In this document: positions 1 through 9,510 of the stretch, piece by piece
How positions within the stretch are numbered: the stretch's first letter is position 1
Layout: the number at the start of each line of letters is the position of its first letter
NCBI GenBank assembly: GCA_964559125.1
Contig: CAZLGW010000020.1
Coordinates: 9,555-73,554 of the forward strand
DNA length: 64,000 nt
Direction of reading: 5' to 3'
From: an uncultured Cytophagales bacterium
GTDB lineage: Bacteria > Bacteroidota > Bacteroidia > Cytophagales > Spirosomataceae
Program-made: the position numbers and the translations under genes
The notes under the pieces: generated by a model
Seen by the model: only the letters and a program-made list of their open reading frames with translations
Told to the model about the DNA's origin: nothing
Database searches by the model: none

Positions 1-675
1 GGCATAGTTCGCGATCAAAGCCAGCGGTTTCCCTTCGGCGGTTTCGATACGTATCAGGCCGATTTTCCGGTCTACGGGAGCATCCGGGTTCTCGCCCAGA
101 AACGTTTTGTTGTCTATGTCGCGCGCACGGCGGTTGATATTGGCACGCGAATAGCCCCAGCCTACGCCTAACCTGGCCGGAACGAGCTTTTTCCTGGCCT
201 CTGCCACCGCTTCTACAAGTTTGTCTTCTACAAAATTGGCATAAGCTTCATTGAATTTTACTTCGTAGCGGTCGCCGAGAAAAAGGGGAATGACACCGGG
301 CGATCCGGTCTCAGGCGCCGAGTGGGTATGTGTATTCGTCCACCAGAAATTCTCCCTGTCGATATTGAACATCTTTTTAAGCCTGGCTGCTGCTTTATCG
401 TATGTAACCGGCGCTATCGTGCCGAGATCGGTTGCGACCAGATAGAATTGCTTTGTACCGTCGTCAAGTATCACTACTTTGTGATAAATACTGTCTCTGA
501 CGCCCTCCGATGTCCTGGGGCTGTAGCCCAGCAGGTTTTGCGGTGTGTGAGGTGTGATATTGGTTCGGGCAAAGGCGGCTTTGAATGTCTGCTGGCCGGT
601 TGCCGGCTGTGTACCAAAAATACCGGTACAAAGCAGGGTTAGAGAGAGGATAACAATATTTGAGAATCTGGGCAT
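1..675 (-). CDS. Neutral/alkaline ceramidase N-terminal-domain family protein (amidohydrolase-like); 3' end runs off the window
   Basis: Not in the ORF track. Manual translation from ATG at 675: MPRFSNIVILSLTLLCTG (signal peptide)...NITPHTPQHLLGYSPR...DSIYHKVVILDDG...THTHSAP...NINRR...PLALIANYA. The THTHS(A/G)P and NINRR motifs are typical of the family. Confidence 0.75.
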   Translation of the reverse strand, partial: MPRFSNIVILSLTLLCTGIFGTQPATGQQTFKAAFARTNITPHTPQNLLGYSPRTSEGVRDSIYHKVVILDDGTKQFYLVATDLGTIAPVTYDKAAARLKKMFNIDRENFWWTNTHTHSAPETGSPGVIPLFLGDRYEVKFNEAYANFVEDKLVEAVAEARKKLVPARLGVGWGYSRANINRRARDIDNKTFLGENPDAPVDRKIGLIRIETAEGKPLALIANYA

Positions 676-724
676 TGGTTATGTAAAGGATTAAGGATTG
701 ATATCTTTCCGGACCGATATAGGG

Positions 725-2143
725 CTACTCCCAGTCGTCTGTCCGGAACGGCGAAACGGGTAACCCGGATTTGTCGAAAAGGGTAGGGGTCGGAGCGTTG
801 GAAAACGCAAACCGTACGGCAACAGGCCGGCTGACCTGGTCGGACCATATTTCCAATTGGTTTTTGCCGGTTATCCGGGCCTTCCCTTCCACAAATTTCC
901 GGTCGGGTCCGGCAACGAAGAATTCTCTGATCTCGTTGTTCCTAAACTCCAGACCCTGGTCCGAAACATCTTTTAACGTAATGAGTATCTTATTGCCCTT
1001 TGTTTCGGATTTGCTCAGCGACGGACTTTTGTAATGCCCGGTTTTAACGGCATAGTGTTCAGCCAAAGCATAATCTGCCAGCCTTTTCCCTACCTCGCCT
1101 TTGTATACCGGGTGCACATCCCGGAGATTGTCAACCTGGTCTGTGATGACGACCATTCCGGTTTTTGGCATATCCAGCGCCCGGGTCTGCTGCTCCCTTA
1201 CATAGGCGGCCTGTAATCCTGTGCTGTCCTTATAGACATACGGCGCGATCTGTACGTAAAAAAAGGGGAAATCAGATTGCGTTTCCCTCCGCCAGTGCCC
1301 GACCATCATGCTCTGGAGCTGATGATAAGCTGACGGGAAATGGGTGTTGGATTCGCCTTGATACCAGATTACGCCTGCAAAACCGAAGTCAATGATCGGC
1401 GATACCATTGCGTTGTAAATGTAACCTGCATGGGCCGGCCAGTGGTTACTCGGAGGGATTGTTTTTGCCGAGAAGCGGGTATTGGGATAGAGTTCAACCA
1501 GCTCCGAGGGAATCCACGATTCAATGTAAGACCCACCCCAGGCGATGTCGATCAGGCCGACCGGTATCTTGAGGTTTTGCTCAAGACTTTTGCCAAAGAA
1601 ATAACCTACTGCGCTGAAGTTGTAAAGGGAGGCCGAATCACAAACAGACCAGGAGCCGTTTACATCCACTTGTCGCCCGGGTGCGCCTCTTTTCTGCATT
1701 TTATACAACCTTATTTGCTGATTTTTTGCCTTTGGAAGTTCCTGTAATGCATCTTTTACGCCGCGTTTGGCACTCCATTCCATGTTGGATTGTCCGGCGC
1801 AGATCCAGACCTCCCCGACCATAATATCCCGGATCGAATAATGCTCATCAGCACTTTTCACCGTGATCGAATAAGGACCTCCGGCTGCCGGAGTATTGAC
1901 AGAAAATTGCCATGATGCATTGGCGTCTCCTTTGATTTTGAACTCTTCTCCCGACCAGGATACCGTAACCGTAGCGTTTTCCCAGGGGTCGGCCCATCCC
2001 CATATCTTAACCCTTGTATTTTGCTGGAGTACCATGTGATCGGCAAAAACCGACGGCAGGGTTACCTTTGCCTGGCAGATAAAGGGTATTACGCCAGCCA
2101 GTACCGGTAGGATGGCCTTGAAAATACGATTGAAAACACTCAT
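725..2143 (-). CDS. Sialate O-acetylesterase (SASA/SGNH family), secreted
   Basis: LPSVFADHMVLQQ start, GEVWICAGQSNME, GVIWYQGESN, DVHP and P..PFRTDDW C-terminus. Confidence 0.9.
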   Translation of the reverse strand: MSVFNRIFKAILPVLAGVIPFICQAKVTLPSVFADHMVLQQNTRVKIWGWADPWENATVTVSWSGEEFKIKGDANASWQFSVNTPAAGGPYSITVKSADEHYSIRDIMVGEVWICAGQSNMEWSAKRGVKDALQELPKAKNQQIRLYKMQKRGAPGRQVDVNGSWSVCDSASLYNFSAVGYFFGKSLEQNLKIPVGLIDIAWGGSYIESWIPSELVELYPNTRFSAKTIPPSNHWPAHAGYIYNAMVSPIIDFGFAGVIWYQGESNTHFPSAYHQLQSMMVGHWRRETQSDFPFFYVQIAPYVYKDSTGLQAAYVREQQTRALDMPKTGMVVITDQVDNLRDVHPVYKGEVGKRLADYALAEHYAVKTGHYKSPSLSKSETKGNKILITLKDVSDQGLEFRNNEIREFFVAGPDRKFVEGKARITGKNQLEIWSDQVSRPVAVRFAFSNAPTPTLFDKSGLPVSPFRTDDWE

Positions 2144-2149
2144 GCGTAA

Positions 2150-3013
2150 TCAGTTAAAACGTTTGATATACTCCAATAACTCCCGGTCCATTTTCTCATT
2201 GCCGCAACTCAGACCGTGGTCGTCGCTATCGATCTCCACAAGCTCTACAGGACTTCCGCTCCGTTTCACATACCTGTAGAAAAGCCTCGACGAACCGACA
2301 GTTACTATTTTATCGCCCGTTCCATGCCAGATTTTTACAGGGACAGGGTAAAGCTTCAGCGTATCGGCGCCGGACCTGACCAGGAATTTTGTAAGTGGGT
2401 TTGATCCTGCAACAGCGCAGGAGTCAAACCTTTCACCTGAAGGATCCTCGAAATGATATACTTCTGCGATTGCCTTTCGGGTAGTTTTCAGCCAGGGATT
2501 TTTCCATGCCTGGCCGTATAAATCCAGCACCGGGCTGTACATCACATGCGCCAGCACCAGCGGGCTGTAGCGATAGACGAAATTGGTGGATGAAAGGCCT
2601 CCCATGGAAAATCCCCCTACAATGATCCGGGGATGAATATTGTAGTTTTCGACGATGTGCTGATAAGCCTTGAAAGCAGATGCCAGTACAAATTCCCCTC
2701 CCATATTTTCGACACGGCCTCCGTTTACATCAAAAACAGCATAACCGTTTTGGAGCAGGAGTTCCTGCAACCCGAACCTGTTCAGGAACCACTCGTTTTC
2801 GGTAACGCCTCCACCGGCCCCGTGCGCCATATAGACCAGCCGGGTAGGCTTTCCTGTTTCCGAATAAGAAGCAGGCAGCTTGAGAATGGCATGATCGGTA
2901 AGACCTCCTTTACATGACAGGGTGACCCGGAAATAAATTTCCTTCACCGCCTGGGCGTAGCTCCCAAAAGTGAAAAATATCAGGAAGGGTATCAGAGCTG
3001 ATCTTAGTGCCAT
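2150..3013 (-). CDS. Secreted alpha/beta hydrolase (esterase/peptidase S9-like)
   Basis: HGAGG oxyanion region, GFSMGG nucleophile elbow, WHGTGD acid, DDHG histidine; signal peptide. Confidence 0.75.
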   Translation of the reverse strand: MALRSALIPFLIFFTFGSYAQAVKEIYFRVTLSCKGGLTDHAILKLPASYSETGKPTRLVYMAHGAGGGVTENEWFLNRFGLQELLLQNGYAVFDVNGGRVENMGGEFVLASAFKAYQHIVENYNIHPRIIVGGFSMGGLSSTNFVYRYSPLVLAHVMYSPVLDLYGQAWKNPWLKTTRKAIAEVYHFEDPSGERFDSCAVAGSNPLTKFLVRSGADTLKLYPVPVKIWHGTGDKIVTVGSSRLFYRYVKRSGSPVELVEIDSDDHGLSCGNEKMDRELLEYIKRFN

Positions 3014-3065
3014 TGTTTCCTGTCGAAGCGTGCGTACAAAATGTATGGAACTTGTAATGTCTCAT

Positions 3066-3089
3066 ATTTGTACGTATTTTTGTACAAAT
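3066..3089 (+). promoter_or_regulatory. yefM-yoeB operator/promoter: 8-bp inverted repeat ATTTGTAC-N8-GTACAAAT overlapping a -7 box (TATTTTTG, 3075-3082)
   Basis: Perfect inverted repeat read directly; contains TGTACG and TGTACA hexamers 12 bp apart, 17 nt upstream of the yefM ATG. Confidence 0.7.
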
Positions 3090-3106
3090 TATGATACAAA
3101 TAAGTT

Positions 3107-3361
3107 ATGCTGGTAGCCAATATTTCCGATTTCAGAAAAGATATCAAATCATATCTTGATAAGGTTTCAAGAAATTTTGAGACGCTGATTATCAATCGTG
3201 GGAAAGACGAAAACATAGTGGTCATGTCCTTGAATGAGTATAATTCGTTAATGGCAACAAATTACGAGTTATCATCGCGAAAAAACGAAATGCGGCTGGA
3301 TTCGGCCATTGAGAAATTGAAGGAAGGGAAATCGTTTTCAAAAGATCTGGCTGAAGACTAA
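3107..3361 (+). CDS. yefM: Type II antitoxin, Phd/YefM family
   Basis: 84 aa; N-terminal ISDFRKDIKSYLDKV...ETLIINRGKDENIVVMSLNEYNSLMATNYELSS pattern; directly upstream of yoeB. Confidence 0.92.
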   Translation: MLVANISDFRKDIKSYLDKVSRNFETLIINRGKDENIVVMSLNEYNSLMATNYELSSRKNEMRLDSAIEKLKEGKSFSKDLAED

Positions 3362-3362
3362 G

Positions 3363-3620
3363 GTGAAATATATTTTCGTGGACGAATCGTGGGAAGACTA
3401 TCTTTATTGGCAGCATACTGACAAAAAGAAGCTGAAAAAAATAAATGAGCTTTTGAAGGAGATTGCCAGGAGTCCATATGAAGGATTAGGGAAGCCGGAA
3501 CCTCTGAAGCACAAATATTCAGGATTCTGGTCAAGACGAATTGACGAAGAGCACCGGCTTATTTACCGGTACGAAGAGGGTGCGATCCTGATTGCTAAAT
3601 GCAGACATCATTACGATTAA
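3363..3620 (+). CDS. yoeB: Type II toxin, Txe/YoeB family mRNA interferase
   Basis: 85 aa, GTG start; GLGKPEPLKH, WSRRIDEEHRLIY and terminal CRHHYD; the catalytic Glu/Arg/His/Tyr equivalents appear intact. Confidence 0.93.
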   Translation: MKYIFVDESWEDYLYWQHTDKKKLKKINELLKEIARSPYEGLGKPEPLKHKYSGFWSRRIDEEHRLIYRYEEGAILIAKCRHHYD

Positions 3621-3623
3621 AAA

Positions 3624-3681
3624 ATTAGGCAATTAGACAATGAGGTAATGGGGTAATTATCACATTGTCTAATTGCCTAAT
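3624..3681. repeat. Perfect 19-bp inverted repeat built from AATTAGRC octamers; probable bidirectional terminator between yoeB and the GMC gene
   Basis: ATTAGGCAATTAGACAATG (3624-3642) and CATTGTCTAATTGCCTAAT (3663-3681), between convergent stop codons. Confidence 0.8.
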
Positions 3682-3688
3682 CGTCTAA

Positions 3689-5368
3689 TTATTTAATATT
3701 ACCTTTTCTCATTTCCCGGGTTGCATAATCCACCGCTCTTGCAGTCAGCGCCATGTAAGTTACAGACGGGCCGGGGATACAGCTGGATGAGCAGACCGAT
3801 GAGCCGTCGGTGATGAACACGTTCTTTACTTCGTGCATCTGGTTCCATTTGTTGAGCACGGAGGTTTTGGGGTCTTTGCCCATACGTGCAGTGCCTGTCT
3901 CGTGGATGCACGAACCCGGGATCTTGCCGCGGTCGTAAGTGGTTACATTTTTCAGCCCGCCCATTTCAAGTATTTCTGCCGCGCTGTTCATAGCATCTTC
4001 TCCGAGCTTCTTCTCATTTTCCCTGAATTCGCAATCGATACGAAGGACAGGCATCCCGAACTTGTCTTTTTTGACCGGGTCGAGCGTGACTTTGTTCTCG
4101 TAGTAGGGCAGGTGCTCGCCCCAGGCGGTGATGGACATGCTCCAGTTGCCGGCTTCGGACAAGCGTTCCTTGAGCTGCACACCGACCCCATCACCCCAGC
4201 CTATCCGCCCGCGGCCGGCCCCGCCCTGGTAGGTGTAGCCACGCAGGAATTTGTCGGTTCTGGTCTTCTCGTTAATGTTACGGAACCTGGGCACAAAAAT
4301 CCCGGTAGGCCGGCTTCCGAACGTGTATTTATCCTTAAAACCATCGAAAGTACCGGAAGCTCCCATCCCGTAGGGCATGTCCATCAGGTTATGACCGATC
4401 TGCCCGCTGCCGTTGCCCAGCCCGTTGGGGAAGGCGTCGGAAACCGAATGAAGCAGGATCAGGGTCGTATTAAGGGTGGAAGCGTTGAGGAAAATGACTT
4501 TGGCGTAATACTCATATTCTTCCAGGGTTTCAGAATCCACGATCCTTACTCCCTTTGCCCGTTTTCTTTCCTTGTCATAGATAACCTCTTTCACCACCGA
4601 AAACGGTCTCAGGGTCATATTGCCGGTAGCGGCCGCAGCCGGTATGGTGGCCGATACACTGCTGAAGTAGCCGCCATAGCTACAGCCGCTTTCACATTTG
4701 CCGCGGTACTGGCACGGCCCCCTCGTACCGATCTGTTTGGTGAGATTGGCAGAGCGGCCGTGTATGATGAGCCTTTCCCCGTTGAAGCCTTTGTTGACGC
4801 GTTCGGCTACGTATTTTTCAAGGCAGTTCATCGGCATGGGGGGCTGAAATTTGCCATCGGGAAGATGCGGCAGGCCATCGCGGGAACCGGCAATGCCCAC
4901 AAAAGGCTCCACGTAGTCGTACCATGGTGCAATGTCCTTGTACCGTATCGGCCAGTCGACACCATAGCCGTCTTTGGCATTGGCTTCAAAATCAACATCG
5001 CTGCGGCGGTAGCACTGCCTTCCCCAGATCAGGCTCCTGCCGCCTACCTGGTAGCCACGTGCCCACTCAAAGGGTTTCACCTGCTCGTAGGGCTGGTCCA
5101 GGTCATTGACAAAGAAGCGTTTGGAGGTCTCATGGAAATTGTAGACCCCGCTCTGAATAGGGCTGAGCCTGATATCTTCCTGTGTTTTGCGGCCGCGGTG
5201 CTCCAGCTCCCAGGGAGCCTTCATGTCGTCGTAGTCGACAATATGTTTCACATCCCTGCCACGTTCCAGGACGAGTGTTTTGAGCCCTTTTTCGCAGAGT
5301 TCTTTAGCGGCCCAGCCTCCGCTGATGCCGGTACCGACTACTATGGCGTCGTAGGTGTTGTTTTTCAT
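3689..5368 (-). CDS. GMC family FAD oxidoreductase (glycoside 3-dehydrogenase catalytic-subunit type)
   Basis: VVGTGISGGWAAKEL Rossmann motif, Cys cluster CQYRGKCESGC, IHETGTARMG, PSVTYMALTARA. Confidence 0.9.
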   Translation of the reverse strand: MKNNTYDAIVVGTGISGGWAAKELCEKGLKTLVLERGRDVKHIVDYDDMKAPWELEHRGRKTQEDIRLSPIQSGVYNFHETSKRFFVNDLDQPYEQVKPFEWARGYQVGGRSLIWGRQCYRRSDVDFEANAKDGYGVDWPIRYKDIAPWYDYVEPFVGIAGSRDGLPHLPDGKFQPPMPMNCLEKYVAERVNKGFNGERLIIHGRSANLTKQIGTRGPCQYRGKCESGCSYGGYFSSVSATIPAAAATGNMTLRPFSVVKEVIYDKERKRAKGVRIVDSETLEEYEYYAKVIFLNASTLNTTLILLHSVSDAFPNGLGNGSGQIGHNLMDMPYGMGASGTFDGFKDKYTFGSRPTGIFVPRFRNINEKTRTDKFLRGYTYQGGAGRGRIGWGDGVGVQLKERLSEAGNWSMSITAWGEHLPYYENKVTLDPVKKDKFGMPVLRIDCEFRENEKKLGEDAMNSAAEILEMGGLKNVTTYDRGKIPGSCIHETGTARMGKDPKTSVLNKWNQMHEVKNVFITDGSSVCSSSCIPGPSVTYMALTARAVDYATREMRKGNIK

Positions 5369-5412
5369 GATGTGCTTCGCGGAAAAGCTTTTAAGGTTAA
5401 CAATAGGTTAAG

Positions 5413-6219
5413 TTATTTCGTTACGAGCAGTTCCACGTTGCGGAACTCTATCGGGTCGTGTGCCTGGATGCCGATATAGCCTGCTGCCAGGGGTGTTCCC
5501 TCTTTCCGGGCCCATAGCTCCCAATCCTTCACGTTTCCTTTCTCCCAGTTGAAGCCCTCACTGACAAAACCTCCCCCGATTTGGGGATTGGTGTACTCCA
5601 GCACCATTTTTCCATTAATGAAGTGACGGATCAGCGAATCTCCCCAAACCTCCATTTCGGCCTTAACCCATACCTCTCCCTGGAATGTCGGCGACGAAGA
5701 ATTAATGCAATGTGCGGGATTGGTCTCCCCGCCGGTATCGACCAGGGTCCCGATGGTGCAGACGTTCCCGGTAGGGCGCTCGCCGGTATCAAGGCCACCC
5801 AGTAACTGGAACTCCAGGCAAACAGGGTAATCCTGCATCAGCCCCATGCTTTCGGGCGGCTGCGAGTGGAAAACGACCCCTCCGTATTGTTCCGGCCATG
5901 GGTGTCCTTCTTCAAACTGCCTGCCGGTAAACCGGTATTCAAATCGGAGCCGGAAGTCGGCGTATGGGTTTTTGTAAAACAGGTGGCCGATCCTGGCTTT
6001 TGTGTCCTTCTTGCCGTCATATACTTTGAGTACCCCGGACTCGACGGTGTATGCCCTGGCCGTATCTTCATGGAGCTCTTGCCCACCCATTTTGATCGTC
6101 CAGCCGGAAAGGTCTTTGCCGTTGAACAGGGGGATCCATTCTTCTGTTTCCTCCGGCGCAGACCTACTACAGGCAAGGGTGATAAACCAAAGTGACAGTA
6201 GTCCTGTTATTCTTCTCAC
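5413..6219 (-). CDS. DUF1080 (3-keto-disaccharide hydrolase) family lipoprotein
   Basis: Lipobox FITLAC; WIPLFNGKDLSGW, FRLRFEYRF, GYIGIQAHDPIEFRNVEL. Confidence 0.88.
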   Translation of the reverse strand: MRRITGLLSLWFITLACSRSAPEETEEWIPLFNGKDLSGWTIKMGGQELHEDTARAYTVESGVLKVYDGKKDTKARIGHLFYKNPYADFRLRFEYRFTGRQFEEGHPWPEQYGGVVFHSQPPESMGLMQDYPVCLEFQLLGGLDTGERPTGNVCTIGTLVDTGGETNPAHCINSSSPTFQGEVWVKAEMEVWGDSLIRHFINGKMVLEYTNPQIGGGFVSEGFNWEKGNVKDWELWARKEGTPLAAGYIGIQAHDPIEFRNVELLVTK

Positions 6220-6250
6220 GTCATTAAGGTTTTACAAAAAACTTCCTAAT

Positions 6251-6799
6251 TCAATACCACGGTTTTTCGCTGGTACACCCGTCATACCTGCCGGGCGCCG
6301 GGTTGTATTTAAGGAACCTGGTGGCCCCGGGCTCGGACGTGAAATAGCCGGCCAGGGTGAGCTCCTTGAACATCCTGAAATAGTGGGCAGGTTCATCGGC
6401 TTTCCTGTTTTTCATGTAAGCAATGTGCTCGTTGTCTATTTCGGTCAGGAGCGTTTCACACTGTCCGGGGGTAAGCCTGAGAAAATCCTGGTTGTATTTT
6501 TTACGGGCAGCGCTCTCTACCTTCGAAATCCCTTCCAGGAATACCTGCTGATCGGCCGGGGTGTAGCAGTCTGCGACGATCACGGACATAAACCGGCCGA
6601 CATCGGCGGTCCTGGCTCCCGGCGTATCGGTTTCGGGCAGGATGGTTTCCCCGATTTCGTTCATCAGCCGGATTTGTGCTTCGCTCAGCAAGGAGCTACC
6701 GCCATGAAACGAAAAAGAGCTGTTAAGAAAGGCCTGCCCGCCTATCATGACACCCCCCACCAGCAGCGAAACTCTTTCTAGTGCTTGTCTTCTGTTCAT
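6251..6799 (-). CDS. Gluconate 2-dehydrogenase subunit 3 family protein (Tat hitch-hiker subunit)
   Basis: MNRRQAL Tat signal; ETILPETDTPGA, HYFRMFKELTLAGYFTSEPG. Confidence 0.88.
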   Translation of the reverse strand: MNRRQALERVSLLVGGVMIGGQAFLNSSFSFHGGSSLLSEAQIRLMNEIGETILPETDTPGARTADVGRFMSVIVADCYTPADQQVFLEGISKVESAARKKYNQDFLRLTPGQCETLLTEIDNEHIAYMKNRKADEPAHYFRMFKELTLAGYFTSEPGATRFLKYNPAPGRYDGCTSEKPWY

Positions 6800-6823
6800 A
6801 TTGAATTCTGCGATATGATTTCT

Positions 6824-7741
6824 TTATCCCTTTACAAGCTCCCGGTAAAGCCCCTCGAAGGTACCGCTTTTGATCCTTTGTTTGTTGACATAGGAAAAAG
6901 TCATATCAAGCGCTTTCATCCCGGGGTCAAACCTGCCGATAGACCAGGGGTGCCATGCCAGAGTCAGGTGTTTCTTCTTCTCCCTGACGGCAAGATCTAT
7001 AAAAACTTTGTTGACGGCAAATTCTTCTTCCGGCTTTTTGATAGGTCCTTTCGGGATAGCACCCTCCGGCCATGGGCTGGGCCAGTTGAGTAAGGCGACA
7101 CTGTCTACATTGGTATGCCCTTTCAGCACGTTTTCGTGCCAGCCGTGCTTGGGAATTTCCCAAAGACCTGGAAAGCCGTCTGCCGTGTAAGTGAAAGGAT
7201 CGATGATCGGTGCGGGAAGCGAAAAGCCCGGTCCCCAGCAGATGGTGGAAATGTATTTGTACCCGGCTTCCTGTACGATATTCAGGATGTCCTTATGCCC
7301 TTTGAACCCGTCGACATAGGCATAGGGAGTGGCGTATCCGGTCATGGGTTTTCCGAAAATGTCTTCCAGCCGCTTTTTGGAATCGATCAGTTGCTCGCGC
7401 GGGTTGCCGGTACGCGGGTTCAGTGGGTGCGGCAGGATCAGCTGATGACTTTTGGAATGGCTGCCGATCTCAAACAGTGGGTTGTCCAGCAGCCTGACTA
7501 CGCGCTGTTTGTTGGTATCGTTGAGGATATCGGAAACAATGAAAAAAGTGGCGGGCATTTTGTGCTTCAGGTGCACGTTTACGATTGACTCCAGATGCTC
7601 CAGGCACGAAGGACTTTCTGTATCGTAGTTGGCGATGAAAGTGATGCCGGGGGATGCCGAACTCATGGAGGCGGCCAGAGACGGGGTCTGGATTATTGCT
7701 GCTGCTACAGCTCCTTTTTTGATAAACGTTCTTCTGTTCAT
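6824..7741 (-). CDS. Tat-exported polysaccharide deacetylase (NodB/CE4-like) family protein
   Basis: MNRRTFIK Tat signal; YDTE motif 1, ATFFIV, EIGSHSKSH metal-binding His pair, AWHPW. Confidence 0.75.
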   Translation of the reverse strand: MNRRTFIKKGAVAAAIIQTPSLAASMSSASPGITFIANYDTESPSCLEHLESIVNVHLKHKMPATFFIVSDILNDTNKQRVVRLLDNPLFEIGSHSKSHQLILPHPLNPRTGNPREQLIDSKKRLEDIFGKPMTGYATPYAYVDGFKGHKDILNIVQEAGYKYISTICWGPGFSLPAPIIDPFTYTADGFPGLWEIPKHGWHENVLKGHTNVDSVALLNWPSPWPEGAIPKGPIKKPEEEFAVNKVFIDLAVREKKKHLTLAWHPWSIGRFDPGMKALDMTFSYVNKQRIKSGTFEGLYRELVKG

Positions 7742-7772
7742 TTACCTGATTTTTGGATTATACGAGGTGTTT

Positions 7773-7825
7773 AACCGGCTCAGCCATAGCGCAAGTCGGT
7801 ATGTAAATCTATGGCTAAGCCGGTT
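7773..7825 (-). other. 17-bp intercistronic stem-loop immediately downstream of susD
   Basis: AACCGGCTCAGCCATAG (7773-7789) and CTATGGCTAAGCCGGTT (7809-7825); the single DNA mismatch is a U-G pair on the minus-strand mRNA. Confidence 0.7.
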
Positions 7826-7833
7826 GAAGTTTC

Positions 7834-9498
7834 CTAATTATTTCCGTAACCGGGGTTTTGCTCCAGTTTTTTGTTGCGGTCCAAAGCGCTTTGCGGAATG
7901 GGCAGCAGGTAATTTTTAGCAGGGTTAAAGGCTCGGTTATCACCTCCTGTGGGAACTATAGAATAAACCTTTTTCCCGTTTACCATTTCAATTTTCATGG
8001 TATGGACTGTGCCCGGAATAAGTTTCTCTGCCAGCTTCAGCCTTATCAGATCCGGCCATCTTTTGTCCTCGAAGCAGAGTTCAACCCGGCGTTCCCTATG
8101 TACGGCCACCCGCATTTCATCCTGAGAAAGTCCGCTTTTTAACGGCGGCAGTTCGACTCTCGCCCTGATCTGGTTAATGGCGTCATAAACAGAGTCATTG
8201 GGACCTGCAGCTTCATTGAGGGCCTCTGCATATCCAAGTAAAACTTCGGCATACCTGAATATCCCCCAATTGGCACTGCTTAACAGGTTATGCCCGTTTA
8301 CATAATACTGGGTTTCAATTCCTTTAAGAGGATGATAAACGGTACAGGGCCTTCCAGTACTACCGAAGCTGAAATCTACCTCATTAAGGCTCCCTGATCC
8401 GGTCCAATACACAGACTCATGGCCGTTCCAGATGTTCCCGTCGAAGTTGATATCCTGATAAAACCGCTTTTCACGATTAGCGTATGGGTTCTGCGGGTCA
8501 TAGCCCGATGCAGGATCTTTGATCGGCAGGCCGTTTGCCATGGCATATTCGTCGACCAGCTCCTGTGTAGGGTTAACACCCGACCACGAATTCTGGGTTC
8601 CGCCTACGAAGCAGATGGGCTGAAGGCCTGATCTGCTGTTGCCAATATTAGTCCCTCCCAGATACGTCTTGCTGAATATTATTTCGGCGTTGTTATTGTT
8701 GGCTTCGTAAAATAGCGTTTCACGATTGGGGAACAGGCTGTAAACACCCATATCCATTACCTGTTTAAAGGTGTTGGCCGCCGTCTGCCACCTGGCTTTG
8801 TCATTGGCCGGATTCTTGAGCGGACTCGCATTGAAAAGCTCACACCAGGCTTTAAGCGTCAGAGCGCTCCCTTTACCGGCCCTTGCAGCTCCGGGGGTAT
8901 TCGGAAGATCATTTGCAATTGCAGCGCATTCATCGACGATAAATTTGAATGTTTCCTCATCTGTATTTCTCGCTCTGAAAATTTCTTCCCCTTGTGTATT
9001 CCTGTCTAAAACGTCAGTAATAATAGGGACGCCACCGTAAGAGGTCCATAGCAGAGAATAGAAATATGCTCTCAGGAAACGGGCTTCCGCCAGGCGCTGC
9101 TTCTTCCAGCTGGCATCCAGATTTGCTTCTTCCAGCTTGGAAATGAAAACGTTGCATTTGCGGACGTTGTTGAATTGATTCCATTGCTGGAGATTTGATG
9201 TCGTTCCAGGAGTTTCTATTCCGAGAACGTAATTGCTCCTGCTTCCAGCCCACAGATATTGACTGATAGAATTGTCGGTGTAGTTGTCGCCGTGATCGAA
9301 GAAGTCTATCGGACCACGGATACTTCCGTATATGCCGTTAAGGAAGAGGTCGGCATTACCGGTGGAAGTCCATAAAGTAGCATCTGAAACCCGTTCTTTC
9401 GGGATTACGTCCAGGTAGTCCTGGCAGGAAGTAAAGCTAAGTATAACAGCAGCAAAAGCCAGGAAAGCGCTCTTACGGGAAAATATTGATATCTTCAT
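7834..9498 (-). CDS. RagB/SusD family nutrient-uptake lipoprotein (locus 1)
   Basis: Lipobox FTSC; EARFLRAYFY, FRYAEVLLGYAEA, ERRVELCFEDKRWPDLIR, YLLPIPQ..L.QNPGY. Confidence 0.95.
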   Translation of the reverse strand: MKISIFSRKSAFLAFAAVILSFTSCQDYLDVIPKERVSDATLWTSTGNADLFLNGIYGSIRGPIDFFDHGDNYTDNSISQYLWAGSRSNYVLGIETPGTTSNLQQWNQFNNVRKCNVFISKLEEANLDASWKKQRLAEARFLRAYFYSLLWTSYGGVPIITDVLDRNTQGEEIFRARNTDEETFKFIVDECAAIANDLPNTPGAARAGKGSALTLKAWCELFNASPLKNPANDKARWQTAANTFKQVMDMGVYSLFPNRETLFYEANNNNAEIIFSKTYLGGTNIGNSRSGLQPICFVGGTQNSWSGVNPTQELVDEYAMANGLPIKDPASGYDPQNPYANREKRFYQDINFDGNIWNGHESVYWTGSGSLNEVDFSFGSTGRPCTVYHPLKGIETQYYVNGHNLLSSANWGIFRYAEVLLGYAEALNEAAGPNDSVYDAINQIRARVELPPLKSGLSQDEMRVAVHRERRVELCFEDKRWPDLIRLKLAEKLIPGTVHTMKIEMVNGKKVYSIVPTGGDNRAFNPAKNYLLPIPQSALDRNKKLEQNPGYGNN

Positions 9499-9510
9499 TT
9501 TTCTCGGATA

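Noticed and set aside
3833-5479. 548-aa plus-strand ORF
   Set aside because: Antisense shadow of the GMC gene; no recognisable motifs, and the minus-strand protein is clearly genuine
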